DNA of 62,974 bases, from the IMG/VR virus record IMGVR_UViG_3300017989_000118, positions 1 through 62,974 of that record, one strand, 5' to 3'. The notes below the pieces were generated by a model. The model was not told the origin of the DNA and searched no databases. It worked only from the letters and a program-made list of their open reading frames with translations. The DNA comes from a virus. Its lineage: Duplodnaviria > Caudoviricetes. Both the position numbers and the translations under genes were made by a program. Below, in pieces: positions 38,481 through 49,600 of the stretch. Each line of letters begins with the position of its first letter. Within the stretch, counting starts at the first letter, position 1.

Positions 38481-38704
38481 TCCCAGAACCCGATCTCGAT
38501 CTCAAACTCGCCACCGCAGTCGTAGCGGCAGTCGTCGTAGTATCCGTCATAGTAGTACCCACCGCCGCTGTACGGCGGCACCGCCACGGGCGGCATGCCC
38601 GGGGCGATGTCCACGAAGACATCCCAATCGCACCCGGCCGAGCAGCAGCACGCGAGAAGCGAGAGGCCCAGAACGCACAGCAGTTGTTTCAGATTCAGAT
38701 TCAT
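38477..38704 (-). CDS. Small putative lipoprotein (75 aa), Tyr/Asp-rich
   Basis: AAGGAG SD on the minus strand; MNLNLKQLLCVLGLSLLACCCSAGC signal peptide with lipobox-like end; mature part DWDVFVDIAPG...YYYDGYYDDCRYDC...IGFWD. Confidence 0.7.
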   Translation of the reverse strand: MNLNLKQLLCVLGLSLLACCCSAGCDWDVFVDIAPGMPPVAVPPYSGGGYYYDGYYDDCRYDCGGEFEIEIGFWD

Positions 38705-38831
38705 TCTCTGGCTCCTTGAACCGGCGACCGCCCCTTTGTGGCCGCCCGCATCCAGCCGATCTGCGTCCGGGCCATGCCTACGGATTTTGTTTTGTGAAGT
38801 CTTAATCCGGTCCCTCCAGCGGAGGTTATGG

Positions 38832-40619
38832 GTGCCACATCTGGGTGACATAGCGGTGGAAGTTAGGCTAACCGACCGGAATAACCCCCGTTCCTTCGAG
38901 CAGTTGGAGGCCCTCGTATCGGCCCTGCGGCGGTTCCGAGGCCAGCCGCCCCTGGAGTCCGACGGAAAGGTCCGCATATCCTTCAACTCCGTCCAGTTCA
39001 TGCCCAAGGCCATCAATGTCGGGTTTCTCGACGATGTGCCCTGGGATATCAGATCGCAGGCCTTGAACTTCACGCGGTACGGCCTCTGCCTGCCGCCGAA
39101 CAGCGTTGACGAGTTCCACTGCTACGGTTTCGCGCACAGGATCAGGAGCGATTGCGAGCTGACCCACTTTTTCGAGCATGTGTTCTACTGCCTGAAGCAC
39201 GGCGGCACATGCCACTTCAGGGCCACCAACCTGATGGAGCTGATGGAGAGGTGCATCGACGCGAAGGGCAGGGACAACGAGCTGCATGTCGTGGAGCGAC
39301 AGCTATTCACGGGCCAGGACAGGTCCGGCCTCTACTTCAACCAAGCCTGCCTGAACAAGGCCAGGCTGGTTAGCAGGATGAGGCATTCCGGATTCCTTCG
39401 CATCGAGGTGGAGGAAGACGAGTCCCCGGACAGCGCCGCCCTGCCGAAAGAGGCGGACCAGATATGGCTGCGGGAGTTCACGCCCGAGCAGATGGAGAGA
39501 TGCCTGAGTTCCAGGGACTGCATCATGCCGGGGTGCAACGGGCGGCGCTGGTTCAAGCTGTACCGTCCAAGCGAGTTCTCCATCTATTGCAAGAAGCACT
39601 TCAGGAAGGCCCACGCGAAGTATCTGACCGAGCTGAACAGGAGGCTTGCCGTAAGGTGGTCCTCCGTGAAACCCGAGCCGGAGGAGACTGCGCCGCTGAC
39701 CGGGAGGCAATGCCTCATCCCGGAGCTGGCCGGAGACGCCCCCATCTGGCGAGGCGTGAGGATGCCCCTGGGCACCCTGACGGCCCCCGTGAGCCTGACC
39801 GGCGAAGGCGCCACATGCAATCCGGACTCGCTGAAGGAAATGGTGTCGGCCGTCAGGGAGTTCAGGTGTCTGGAGCCGCTCGGCGAGGGGTTCAAGATAT
39901 CGTACAACTCCGACAGGTTTGTGCCCGAGTGCATCAATGTCGGCAACATCCGCGCCGAGTGGGAATGGGATGTGGCGGCGAGCAAGTTCGACTTCTCGGT
40001 GGATGGCCTGCCGCTTCCCCCGGAATCCGCAGACGAGTTCAGGTGCCACGGATACATACAGAGGCTCCGCAGACCGGAGCTGGAGGGGTTTGTACGCAGC
40101 GTGCACAGAACGACGAGACCCTTCGGGCGATTCTTCGGTTCCTGGAACAACCTGGATGCGGCGAAGAGAAAGTTCCTTGAGGCCAGCGGAATGTCGGATC
40201 CCGCCCTGGCCGCCATGTGCCTCGGCGAGCCGCTGACCCCCGAGGCGATGAAGTCCATACTTGAGGCAGCCGGATTCGCCGTGCTGGAGATACGCCGCGG
40301 CGGCGGCCGATATGCCTCCGTGGAGGACGTCCTGCTCCCCAAGGCCGATCGAGACATGGCTAGGGCCAACCGATTCCGCCCGCCCCCTGACGAGGGCCAC
40401 GACGAATGCTGCGTGTGCGGAAAACCGAGGTTCTGGCCCCAGGACGGCATCCGCGCCACGGGGGTGGACCCGTTCTCCTGCCCCTCGATCTACTGCCGCC
40501 GCCATTTCACCCACGCGGCTAGGCTGCTGCACGCGGACATAACCGCCAAGGCTGTGCTGACCTTCGAGGCGGTCAAGAAATACCGGGTCAGCGCCGGGCG
40601 CCGCATCCGAATCCGCTGA
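38832..40619 (+). CDS. Protein with two degenerate class I SAM-methyltransferase-like domains, each followed by a Cys/His Zn-finger
   Basis: Duplicated ISxNS..F.P..INVG....WD...LPP.S.DEF.C.G...R....F.......(L/T).P/H.G; CIMPGC..YCKKH and CCVCG..YCRRH; GGAGG SD before GTG 38832. Confidence 0.6.
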   Translation: MPHLGDIAVEVRLTDRNNPRSFEQLEALVSALRRFRGQPPLESDGKVRISFNSVQFMPKAINVGFLDDVPWDIRSQALNFTRYGLCLPPNSVDEFHCYGFAHRIRSDCELTHFFEHVFYCLKHGGTCHFRATNLMELMERCIDAKGRDNELHVVERQLFTGQDRSGLYFNQACLNKARLVSRMRHSGFLRIEVEEDESPDSAALPKEADQIWLREFTPEQMERCLSSRDCIMPGCNGRRWFKLYRPSEFSIYCKKHFRKAHAKYLTELNRRLAVRWSSVKPEPEETAPLTGRQCLIPELAGDAPIWRGVRMPLGTLTAPVSLTGEGATCNPDSLKEMVSAVREFRCLEPLGEGFKISYNSDRFVPECINVGNIRAEWEWDVAASKFDFSVDGLPLPPESADEFRCHGYIQRLRRPELEGFVRSVHRTTRPFGRFFGSWNNLDAAKRKFLEASGMSDPALAAMCLGEPLTPEAMKSILEAAGFAVLEIRRGGGRYASVEDVLLPKADRDMARANRFRPPPDEGHDECCVCGKPRFWPQDGIRATGVDPFSCPSIYCRRHFTHAARLLHADITAKAVLTFEAVKKYRVSAGRRIRIR

Positions 40620-40692
40620 TCCGTTGTAATGTCCTGGTCAAAATGGCAAATTGGGGTTCCGCTAGAATGAGCGGACAGGGGAGGCTGTGCGC

Positions 40693-41460
40693 ATGGCTTA
40701 CGACTACCTCGGTACAATGGACCGAGATCAGTTTGATGACCTCGTCGAGTTCGCGCGCAAGCAGAAAACGCTTGTTGCGTGGCAGGACTCCCATGCGCGG
40801 GCCGAGATAAAGAGGCTGGACTCCCTCTTGGCCAAGATGACCAAGGCCCACGATGTGTTCTTCGCCGGGACATTGGGCGAGGGGAGGACCGTGCCGGAGT
40901 TCCAGGACAGGGGCATTTTCGACGAGGATGGCGATCCGGATGCCACGGCCGGGGGCGCAGAGCTGGAGATCGATGCCCCGGCGAACGAACCTCACCTCGC
41001 GCATCGCGGGAGGGAGGACGCATTCGCCTTGGGTCCCCTCACCCTGAAAGCCAAGCCGCCGAGCGTGCAGGATGCGCTGAACGACTGGGAGCCAGCCGAT
41101 GTGACAAGGGGAGTCAAGAGCGCTTTCCTACCTGCGCTCAAGCACCAGCGGGAGCAGCTTGAGTGGCGCGTCCGCAAAATACAGGACAGGCAGGAGCAAT
41201 TGGAGGAGGCCCGCAGGAGACGGCGCATAGCCAGGGACAGCGCCGTAGAGAAGTTCGTCGCCGACCTGGAGAGGATGTTCAGCGAGGCGACCAAGGTCGA
41301 TAACCCGTATTGGTGGTGCCTGAACCCGAATCCGGGGGCCGTGAACCCGGAGAGGCCGGAGGTGATATTCAGGCGGGACAGATATTCGCCGGCCCAGGAG
41401 GAGCTGAAGCGCGCCCTCGACAAGGCGGTGAAATCGAACTTGGAGTTGGAGGCGGACTAG
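40693..41460 (+). CDS. Hypothetical coiled-coil protein in the baseplate module
   Basis: 255-aa ORF, GGAGG SD; KHQREQLEWRVRKIQDRQEQL heptads. Confidence 0.7.
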   Translation: MAYDYLGTMDRDQFDDLVEFARKQKTLVAWQDSHARAEIKRLDSLLAKMTKAHDVFFAGTLGEGRTVPEFQDRGIFDEDGDPDATAGGAELEIDAPANEPHLAHRGREDAFALGPLTLKAKPPSVQDALNDWEPADVTRGVKSAFLPALKHQREQLEWRVRKIQDRQEQLEEARRRRRIARDSAVEKFVADLERMFSEATKVDNPYWWCLNPNPGAVNPERPEVIFRRDRYSPAQEELKRALDKAVKSNLELEAD

Positions 41461-43737
41461 GTGTCATTCGACCTGAAGATAAACCACCTTTGTCCGCATA
41501 TCCAGACGGAAGAAGTGCATGTCTGCGAGTCGGACGGACGGCGCGTGATACTGAATGACATCATGGCGTCCACGAATCCGTCCTCCCTCCGCGTCAAGGT
41601 CAACGGCGTCGAGTGGGACAGAAACAACCGGCTTGAGGCGCCAGCCGTTTTCGACATACTTGAGGACATCGAAATATCGCGGGTCGCCGCCACGGGATAC
41701 CAGCTAGTGTTGCCGGATGTGCCTGCGATGCGGGGCGACCAGCAGGGCAGGTTTGCGTCCAGCGACCAGCATGTGATTGTCCGTGCCTGCACGACGGAGA
41801 GCGTGCCGTTCAGCCAGTTGGCGGAGAGGCCACAAACGTTCCTCATTGGGCAGAATCTCGACGCAACCCCGCTCTATGTCGATCACGCGTCTGCGCACGC
41901 ATGGGGCCTGGTCCGCCCTAGGCTGGAGAGGGCCGTGTCGTCGTCGTACGACGGGGACGCCATACTTGACCGATACGACGCGAACCCCAACATCGACCCC
42001 ACGGATTTGTTGAAGAACCCCGACATCATCAGGCCGGAGCTGGAGAGGGTGCTCCGACCAAGGTACGATCTGGAGCCGTGGGCCACGGCCGAGATACTGT
42101 CCCGGTTCGACGCGGACCCGACATCGCCGACATACGGCACCGTAGTGGACGGCGAGTTCCGGGACGGACTCCTCGACGGACTCACCGTGCCCGAGGATGT
42201 CGAGGCGTCAGTGTTCGCGCTCATAGGCGAAAAGGGGCGGCAGGATGCGGTTTTCGATGTGACCGACTCCGTGCGAGAGGATGTGGAAGTAGCACTCGGC
42301 TCGGTCAGGCCGCAGCTAGCGAGGGCGCTGGATGCCGATCCGGGGCTGACGGCGTCTCAGAGGCAGGTGGTGTTGGCCCGTTATGACGCGGATCCGTCGC
42401 TCGACGCCGAGGCGCTTCTGGAGGGCATCCCGGCTTCTGAGTCCACGGCCCAGCAGATATACGCGCTCATCGGGGACTTTCCGCCGGATACCCGCCGGGT
42501 GGAAATACCGATCACATCCCGTCTCCCGCTGCTTGGCAGGTACGACTTCATTGAGGGGGAGGTGTCGCCGGAGGACGTGCGGGCCACGGTGAACGGCGAG
42601 GAGGTTGAGGTCGTCGAGGTCGATGGCTTCACCGGCGCGGTTACGCTCGCCTCGGCGCCGTACCCGTGCGATCTTGTAGAGTTCAGCTACTGCTGGAAAA
42701 TGAAGCTCCTGTTCGTGAACGGCGAGAGCGGCGTCGTCGCCGTGGATCCCCATCATCTGGGCGCGACAGGGTCCGGCGTCGAAATCCGCAGCGTAGATGT
42801 CAGGTACTTCACACGGGTGAAGGACGGCTGGTCACTGGTGCCGAATGTCGGCTCGATTGGCGGGCAGCTTGACATACTGTTCGACACCACGAAGCGGACC
42901 GACAAGGGGCGGGTGATTTTGGAGGACATCGGAGATCTGGCTAACGGCTTCAACACGGTGTTCCAGGCATCTCAGTCCCCGTTGCTGCCGTTCAACGCGG
43001 GGTTCTTCTCGGATTCCACCGAGACGCTCTCAAACTCTGCGCCGGTCAGCCTGAACGGCGAGATAACGGTGCCGACGGCCTTTGACCCCATCCTCGGCCT
43101 GATACAGTTGGAGTCCCCTCCGGCCCCGGGCCAAGACCTGCGGATCAGCTACTACTATCGCATGTCGGGAGACGAGGGGTCGCCCAACCCGTTTGAACCA
43201 GACATAATTGAGGTCGATTACGTCACGGAGCGCACCAACTGCCACAGGTGCAACGCCATGGGCAGGCTGGACGACATGCATTACTCGCCCGTGAACGGCG
43301 CGATGGTCACCGTGCGGACCGAGCAGAAACTGAGGCAGGACCTGTACAAGATCGTCGGCACGGTCGTCGGGAGTAACCCGTTCCACAGGTTCTACGGGAC
43401 GAACTTCACGATCTACATCGGGCAGTCCGGACCGGCCGGATTCTTCCAGGCCCAGCTAACCAACGAGATGATCACGGCGTTAGGGGCGTTGCAACGGCTC
43501 CAGAACGACCAGTTCACGTACCAGGCCGAGTTCATCGATCGCCGCGAGCTGATAAACGCGGTGCAGTCCGTGAATGTCCGGCAGGTAATAGAGGTCGATC
43601 CCGGCATCTTCCAAGTCGATGTATCGTTGCTTTCGGATGCGGCGAATGTGGTGTACGCCAGAGTGCTACTAACGGAGGAGGGCGTCACCCTCCTGGATCG
43701 CGCTAAGGGTGGAGAGCTTGAAGCTATACCACAGTAG
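41461..43737 (+). CDS. Expanded gp25-like baseplate wedge/sheath-initiator protein
   Basis: C-terminal QKLRQDLYKI..T..GSNPFH..YGT...INAVQSVNV...V.V gp25-like motif preceded by CHRC; directly upstream of baseplate J. Confidence 0.75.
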   Translation: MSFDLKINHLCPHIQTEEVHVCESDGRRVILNDIMASTNPSSLRVKVNGVEWDRNNRLEAPAVFDILEDIEISRVAATGYQLVLPDVPAMRGDQQGRFASSDQHVIVRACTTESVPFSQLAERPQTFLIGQNLDATPLYVDHASAHAWGLVRPRLERAVSSSYDGDAILDRYDANPNIDPTDLLKNPDIIRPELERVLRPRYDLEPWATAEILSRFDADPTSPTYGTVVDGEFRDGLLDGLTVPEDVEASVFALIGEKGRQDAVFDVTDSVREDVEVALGSVRPQLARALDADPGLTASQRQVVLARYDADPSLDAEALLEGIPASESTAQQIYALIGDFPPDTRRVEIPITSRLPLLGRYDFIEGEVSPEDVRATVNGEEVEVVEVDGFTGAVTLASAPYPCDLVEFSYCWKMKLLFVNGESGVVAVDPHHLGATGSGVEIRSVDVRYFTRVKDGWSLVPNVGSIGGQLDILFDTTKRTDKGRVILEDIGDLANGFNTVFQASQSPLLPFNAGFFSDSTETLSNSAPVSLNGEITVPTAFDPILGLIQLESPPAPGQDLRISYYYRMSGDEGSPNPFEPDIIEVDYVTERTNCHRCNAMGRLDDMHYSPVNGAMVTVRTEQKLRQDLYKIVGTVVGSNPFHRFYGTNFTIYIGQSGPAGFFQAQLTNEMITALGALQRLQNDQFTYQAEFIDRRELINAVQSVNVRQVIEVDPGIFQVDVSLLSDAANVVYARVLLTEEGVTLLDRAKGGELEAIPQ

Positions 43738-43749
43738 GGAGGATGAAGC

Positions 43750-46641
43750 ATGGCAGACCTTCTGCCGCCAACTGGCCTGAGTATCGAGTCCTACGTGAGG
43801 GACAACTTCATCGAGTGGCACGGCTCGGATAACCCCGCCGTGGTCGGATACAACGTGTATGTCTCCTCCACGCCCGGCGGCGGCCAGAGCCGTTACCTAA
43901 GGCTCAACAACATGGTGATCACCACCCCCCACCGGACCGAGGACGTCGTGGACGAAGAGTCCACCGACGAGATAGAGGTTGCGCTGGAGAGCGGGGCCGA
44001 ACAGACGGAGATCACGCGGCGTCAAATCCACAAGGTGTCCATATTCCGATTCCGGCACAGGAACGTGGACATCAACTCGACAATGTACTACGTGGTGACG
44101 GCCGTGGATGGCAACGGCGCCGAGAGCGGATTCAGCACGGAGCTTTCCGGGACCACTACGCGGATAGACTCGCAGATCGTCAATGTCCCGCCAAAGCAGT
44201 TCTCGGAGATCGTGAACGGTTTCGTGGACACCCTTCTCCGCCGGGACCCGGAGGTGGATCTAAAGCCGGGCACCGTCATGCGGGATCTAGTGATAGACCC
44301 GCAGGCCTTCGAGATGGAGAAACTGTGGTTCTTCCTCAACTTCGTCGACAAGGCTACATCCATGATTGGCCTACGGGCTATCGACGACGAGAACGACGAC
44401 AGCATAAGCGATCCTGTGTCGCAGAGCGACTACAAGCAGAAGCTGCGAGTGGCGCTCGGGCTGACCAGCGACGAGGACACCCAGACCCTCATAGACTTCG
44501 CGATGGAGCGACTCGCGTCCAATGTCCGGGTGTTCCGCAAGGCCGCCACGCGGGCGCAGGGCCAGGTCGTCTTCTACACGACCGACAGGCCGTCCGGCGA
44601 CGTGGAGATTCCGGCAGGCACGGCCGTGTGGACCCCGGCCGACGAAAACGGCACGGTCATACGCTTCACCACCTCGGCGTCGGTCACGGTCGCGGAGTCT
44701 GAGCTTGACTCCAGATACAACGCGGCGAAGGACCGGTACGAGTTCGCGGCGCGCGTGACGGCCGACGATCCGGGCCCCAGCGGTAATGTCAGCGTCGGAT
44801 CGCTGACGAAATCGAATGCCGGGCGACTCTCGGTCACCAACACATCGCCCACATATGGCGGCGACACGCAGGAGAACAACGCGCTGTTCAGCGAGAGGGC
44901 GGTGCTCAAGATGTCCAGCCTGGATGTCGGCACCACCCGAGGGTACCGCAGGACACTCATCGAGCAGCCCGGCGTGCGGGACGTCTATGTGGCCGGCGCC
45001 GGCGACGCGCTGATGCAGCGAGATTTCATACGGCACGTGTCCCCGGACGGCACCGTCAAAAGCGAGCACATCTTCGGCAAGGTCGATTTGTGGACACGCG
45101 GCGGGGAAAGCGTGGTGTTCGAGGACAGGGTGGGATTCCTGTACGACCGCATCGCCGACGAGGCGTTCGACACCATCGAACGGATCAACGCCTTCACCAT
45201 CGAGACCACCAACGCCGACGTGACGGAGGACGCCCCCATATTCCAGGTGGAGAGGATCACCAGACACCGCGACGGGGTGCCCGACGCCGACTATGTGCTT
45301 GACAACCTGATATACGAGGACGGCGGCCGGCGCCTCACGATCGACACGACCGATGCAACGAATGTCGGCATCGGGCTGCGGGAGGGCGATACGGTTACGG
45401 TCACGTACTGGTACCGGGGCAGCGACCCGATCGTGCTGCTCAGCCAACCGGCGACCTCCGTGGTAAGTGTGGAGGGGCTGAACAGCGGGAGGCTGGACGA
45501 GGGCGTACACTACGAGTTTCTCCGAAAGAGCGACTTCCTGCTGCTCGGACGCAGCGTGCGGGACCAGTCCGCCATACAGCTCAAGTACGACAGCCGCAGC
45601 AGGAAGCCCGTGGGGACGATTGAGGAGTTCTCGGAGCGCACTGGGAACCGGGACGGGTTCGTGCTGACTAAGGACCTCAGGGAGCTGTCGAAAAGGGGCA
45701 TTCTCCCGGCGTCGATAACGGTCGAAACCATCCCTCTCGACGGCAGCGATCCCGTGACGCTGGAACTGAACAGGCATTATGCAACCGAGTCGGACTCCTC
45801 GACCGGTGTCACGTCCGTGAAGTTGATAGGCAGCGATAGCCGCTTCCCGTCCGGGCAAAGGTACAGCATCTCCTATCAGCATGGCGAGGAGATAATCATC
45901 AGGTACCGCGCCAACAACATGATCGGCAGGTTGCAGTCCCTCATCGACCGCACTAGGCATGAGGCGGCGGACGTGCTCGTCAAGTCCGCGATCCCGGTGG
46001 ACATCGATGTCATTTTCAGCTTCAAGGTAACCGGCGGCTCCGATGTTCTGGACACCAAGGAGGCGGTGATCGACGCCGTGCGCAACTATGTGTCCGGACG
46101 CAGGCTGGGCGAGTCCATCTACGAGTCGGACCTGATATACAGGATACAACAGGTGGACGGGGTGAAGCATGTGGTGCTGCCCATGTCCCAACTGGCGAGG
46201 ACCTCTGGGAACTACGAGACGAACGAGGTGATACAAAGCACTTGGACGGAGGCGGTGGTTGGGTCTGACTCATCCGGGAACCCGGTGTCCTACTGGCAGA
46301 CGCTCCGTAACGCGCTGCTCAAGAACACGCTGGGCACATCGGCTGAACCCAACGAGTTCTGGGGACTGAGGGAGAACGGCACCCCGCTGAAGGTGGTCGC
46401 CGATCTGACCGAACTCGTCGCCACCAAGGGCACGTTCTTCATCGACGCGACAGGCACCGTGTTCGTGAACCCGAAGTCCGCCGACGAGGTCGGGAATCCG
46501 TTGAACGATTCGGATCCGAACAACAACGTGTACGCCGCCACATACAGAATATCCGGTGAGTCCGGCAGCCAGGACATCATCCTCAACCAGAACGAGTACG
46601 CGCGACTCGCCGATCTGATTGTCGAGGCAGTGGAGGGTTAG
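43750..46641 (+). CDS. Baseplate J / gp6-like wedge protein with N-terminal FN3-like domain
   Basis: DLKPGTVMRDL.IDP, RKAATRAQGQVVF, IPAGTAV, GPSGNV, GGDTQENN..F..R, LGESIYESDL...IQQVDGV motifs. Confidence 0.88.
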   Translation: MADLLPPTGLSIESYVRDNFIEWHGSDNPAVVGYNVYVSSTPGGGQSRYLRLNNMVITTPHRTEDVVDEESTDEIEVALESGAEQTEITRRQIHKVSIFRFRHRNVDINSTMYYVVTAVDGNGAESGFSTELSGTTTRIDSQIVNVPPKQFSEIVNGFVDTLLRRDPEVDLKPGTVMRDLVIDPQAFEMEKLWFFLNFVDKATSMIGLRAIDDENDDSISDPVSQSDYKQKLRVALGLTSDEDTQTLIDFAMERLASNVRVFRKAATRAQGQVVFYTTDRPSGDVEIPAGTAVWTPADENGTVIRFTTSASVTVAESELDSRYNAAKDRYEFAARVTADDPGPSGNVSVGSLTKSNAGRLSVTNTSPTYGGDTQENNALFSERAVLKMSSLDVGTTRGYRRTLIEQPGVRDVYVAGAGDALMQRDFIRHVSPDGTVKSEHIFGKVDLWTRGGESVVFEDRVGFLYDRIADEAFDTIERINAFTIETTNADVTEDAPIFQVERITRHRDGVPDADYVLDNLIYEDGGRRLTIDTTDATNVGIGLREGDTVTVTYWYRGSDPIVLLSQPATSVVSVEGLNSGRLDEGVHYEFLRKSDFLLLGRSVRDQSAIQLKYDSRSRKPVGTIEEFSERTGNRDGFVLTKDLRELSKRGILPASITVETIPLDGSDPVTLELNRHYATESDSSTGVTSVKLIGSDSRFPSGQRYSISYQHGEEIIIRYRANNMIGRLQSLIDRTRHEAADVLVKSAIPVDIDVIFSFKVTGGSDVLDTKEAVIDAVRNYVSGRRLGESIYESDLIYRIQQVDGVKHVVLPMSQLARTSGNYETNEVIQSTWTEAVVGSDSSGNPVSYWQTLRNALLKNTLGTSAEPNEFWGLRENGTPLKVVADLTELVATKGTFFIDATGTVFVNPKSADEVGNPLNDSDPNNNVYAATYRISGESGSQDIILNQNEYARLADLIVEAVEG

Positions 46642-46642
46642 A

Positions 46643-49600
46643 GTGACGCGGCGAGAGGCACCGAAAACCACGCTCATTGTCGAGTTCCCGCCGGATGGCA
46701 GGGCCGACTGGTATGTCACCAACCCCGACATAACATTCGAGGTGTCCAACCCGGTGGACGGCGCTGTGTACCGCACGCTGTACAGATGGGACGGCCTCGG
46801 CGAGGAGGTCGAGTGGGATGGGTCGGCCATCAGGGTCCCGTCCGACGGGCAGCACATACTTGAGTACCGATCCGTAACCGTGCTGACCGACGATTTCCCG
46901 GTTACGCCCGGCAGGACGCTGGTGCCCGTGCCGAGGTACTTCGCCGAGCTGCCGAAGAGGTATCTCTTGAAGCTGGACACAACCCAGCCGAAGGTCGGCT
47001 CCGGGTTGACGGATCTGTTCGATAGCCGGGTGCTGATAACGGACGACTTCTTCGTAAACGACGGGAGCGCCGTCCTCACGTCGGTCATGCCTGGAAAAGC
47101 CAGCGGATGGGTGCTCCTGCGCGACCCCGAGTCGGCCCCGCCCGATTCGTCATTCCCCGTGCTGGAACCGGACGCAAACGGAAAGTACACGCTGGAGATA
47201 GATGCCCGCCGGCCGGTGCCCGGCTCCCTGGTGCTCCGTCCGCTGTCGGAATCCGGCGCGCCGCTGGTCGAGCATGTCGATTACAAAGCGGACTATTTCG
47301 AGTCCTCCGGACGGGTATTCGTGGAGAGCATGGGGGACTCCTGGCCCGTCGGCGGGGAGATGTTCTGGGAGCTTGGCACCCGCGATGTCGTCCGGTACGA
47401 GAATAGGGACGGCCGTCAGAGGTTCACCGTCAGGTTCCCGTCGCGGATAAGGAACATGACTGTGGGCACCCCCCAGGAGGGGGAGTCGGTGGACACGGGA
47501 CTCGTCGAGACCGAGGTGGCCAGCCTCCTGCTTGATGTGGTTCTGGTGGACGACAACGGCCTAGGGCGACCCGCGAGCCCCGCGACATTCGAGCTGACAG
47601 CGGAGTCCGACGGCCGCGTGTTTCTGAAGAACAACTCGGCGAGCGACTTCTCGCCCGGCGTCGCGAGGAACCTTCGCGTGCGGGGCGTTCAGGTCAGGGT
47701 CGCGCTGGAGAGAGTCAATTTTGTGGACGACGGCACGGCTTTCATGCTCGACGAGGGCACCGGCAAGCTGTACTCGCCCCCTAACTTCTCACTGGACTTC
47801 GACCCGTCGTCACAGTTACTGCATGTAGTCAGATCATCCGGCGACATACCGTACGACTCAGACCTTGTGCTGGAGATGAAGCTTGAGTCGCGCAGCGAAT
47901 CCTCCAAGTACGTCGACTTCAGCACATACAACGATCCGTCATCGACCCGACGGTTCGTGATAAACAAGGAGCAATCGGTCTGGTACTATTCCCGCGACGA
48001 GTGCGCCAAGCCCACCGAGGAAAGCGTGGCGAATGTCGTCGTAAACGAGATCGAGAGCGGCATAGATCGGGTTCACTACACCTTCAACGGTGACTCGCCG
48101 ACGGACGGCGACAGCTACATCGAGTCGCCTTCGGCGGTGCTGCCCGCTCCGTCCAGCTATCGCAACCGGTTCGTGTTCAAGTGGCTCGCCGTTGATCGGG
48201 CCGGAAACAGCGACAGCGGGTTCTTCACCAATGTGGGTGACGCACTCACCGCCCCGCTGGTGTTGCCGGATCGATTCCTGGCGAAGCCAATCGAAAGGAT
48301 ACACTTCGCGCCGGACGGAGAACCCCTGAGCGAGAGTTCACCCTCGATAACGCAGTCCGGCGACTTCATCGTCATAGAGAAGGGCGTGTGTCAAGGGTGC
48401 GTCGACGTAAACTTCCTCGTCGTGTACGCTGACCACACCAGCGCGTCGGGCTCCGCGAGCGTGTGTGTATACAACGATTTCCTGATCGGCAGCTTTGTCC
48501 CGCAAATTGTCAGCGAGTTTGCGCCCGGTGACCCCGACTCGAAGTCCCGGCAGTGGTACCGCGGCTTCAGGCCGATAGTCGTACTACCGATATTCGGCCC
48601 CCGACCCTCGGACTTGGCGCCGGAGACCCCGTTCCCCTCGAAGATATTCTGGAAATGGTCGGACGAGGACGTGTACCGCGAATACACTGAGCCGTTCACG
48701 TTCCGGGATGTCGGCGAGAATGTGCTCAACCTGTATGTCAGCTTTATCGACGCCGAGGGCAACGGCACCGAATCCGACTCGTTCAGGTTCACATACTACT
48801 GGGATAACGAGAGGCCAGATGTCGGCGACAACTCCGAAGCGAAATGGCTGAACCGAGACGCCACGATATTCTTCACCTTCTCAGAGGACGGCAGCGGCGT
48901 AAAGGCCCTCTACTACCGCGTCTGGAAGGAGACCTTGGACGCCCCGCCGGGACAGAACCCCGACGCCCAAGGCCTCGTGGACCTGAATGACGTCGTCGCC
49001 TTCTTCGTGGCGAGAGACCCGGAAGAACTAGCCGATTTGCAGCCGCAGGACTTGACGGACGAGCAGATAGACGAGTTCCTCAGGCTGCAATATCTGCCGC
49101 CGGTCGAGTCGATGGACGAATGGGCGCTTTCGGGCGGCGTCGAGAACCCGGGTGTGAAGGTGGAGGATCAGCGCACCGTAGACGGAGAAACCTTCACTGG
49201 CATCAACGCACGAATAAGTCCCTGCTCCCCCGGCGAGACCGAAGAGGCCTGCTCCTCGTTCGCCGACGGGTCGAATTGCCGCCTGCGCAAGATGGACTTG
49301 GAAAAGGCGCCGTTTATCCGCCTGTGCGATCCGGGAAGGTACCACATCGCGGTGTTTGCCATCGACAACGCGAACAATGTGTCCGCCGCAGATGTCGGCG
49401 TGTCGTCCGAGTCGCTCCGTCCCGTCTTCACGGAGTATGTTGTACAGATTGACCAGACGCCGCCGACGGCATCCTTGGCATTCGACAGGCCGTCCGTGAC
49501 GACCGAGCTTGCGGACGGGACGAAGCTGATAGAGCTCGAGTCGTACCCGGACATCGACCTGATTGCGGTGGACCTTGAGAGCGGGGTGGAGGCGTCCTTC

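Noticed and set aside
1296-41463. TAG recoding or read-through suggested by in-frame TAG-ATG (1296-1301) and TAG-GTG (41458-41463) junctions
   Set aside because: Both downstream genes have their own SD sequences, and other genes end in TAG at natural domain ends with out-of-frame successors.
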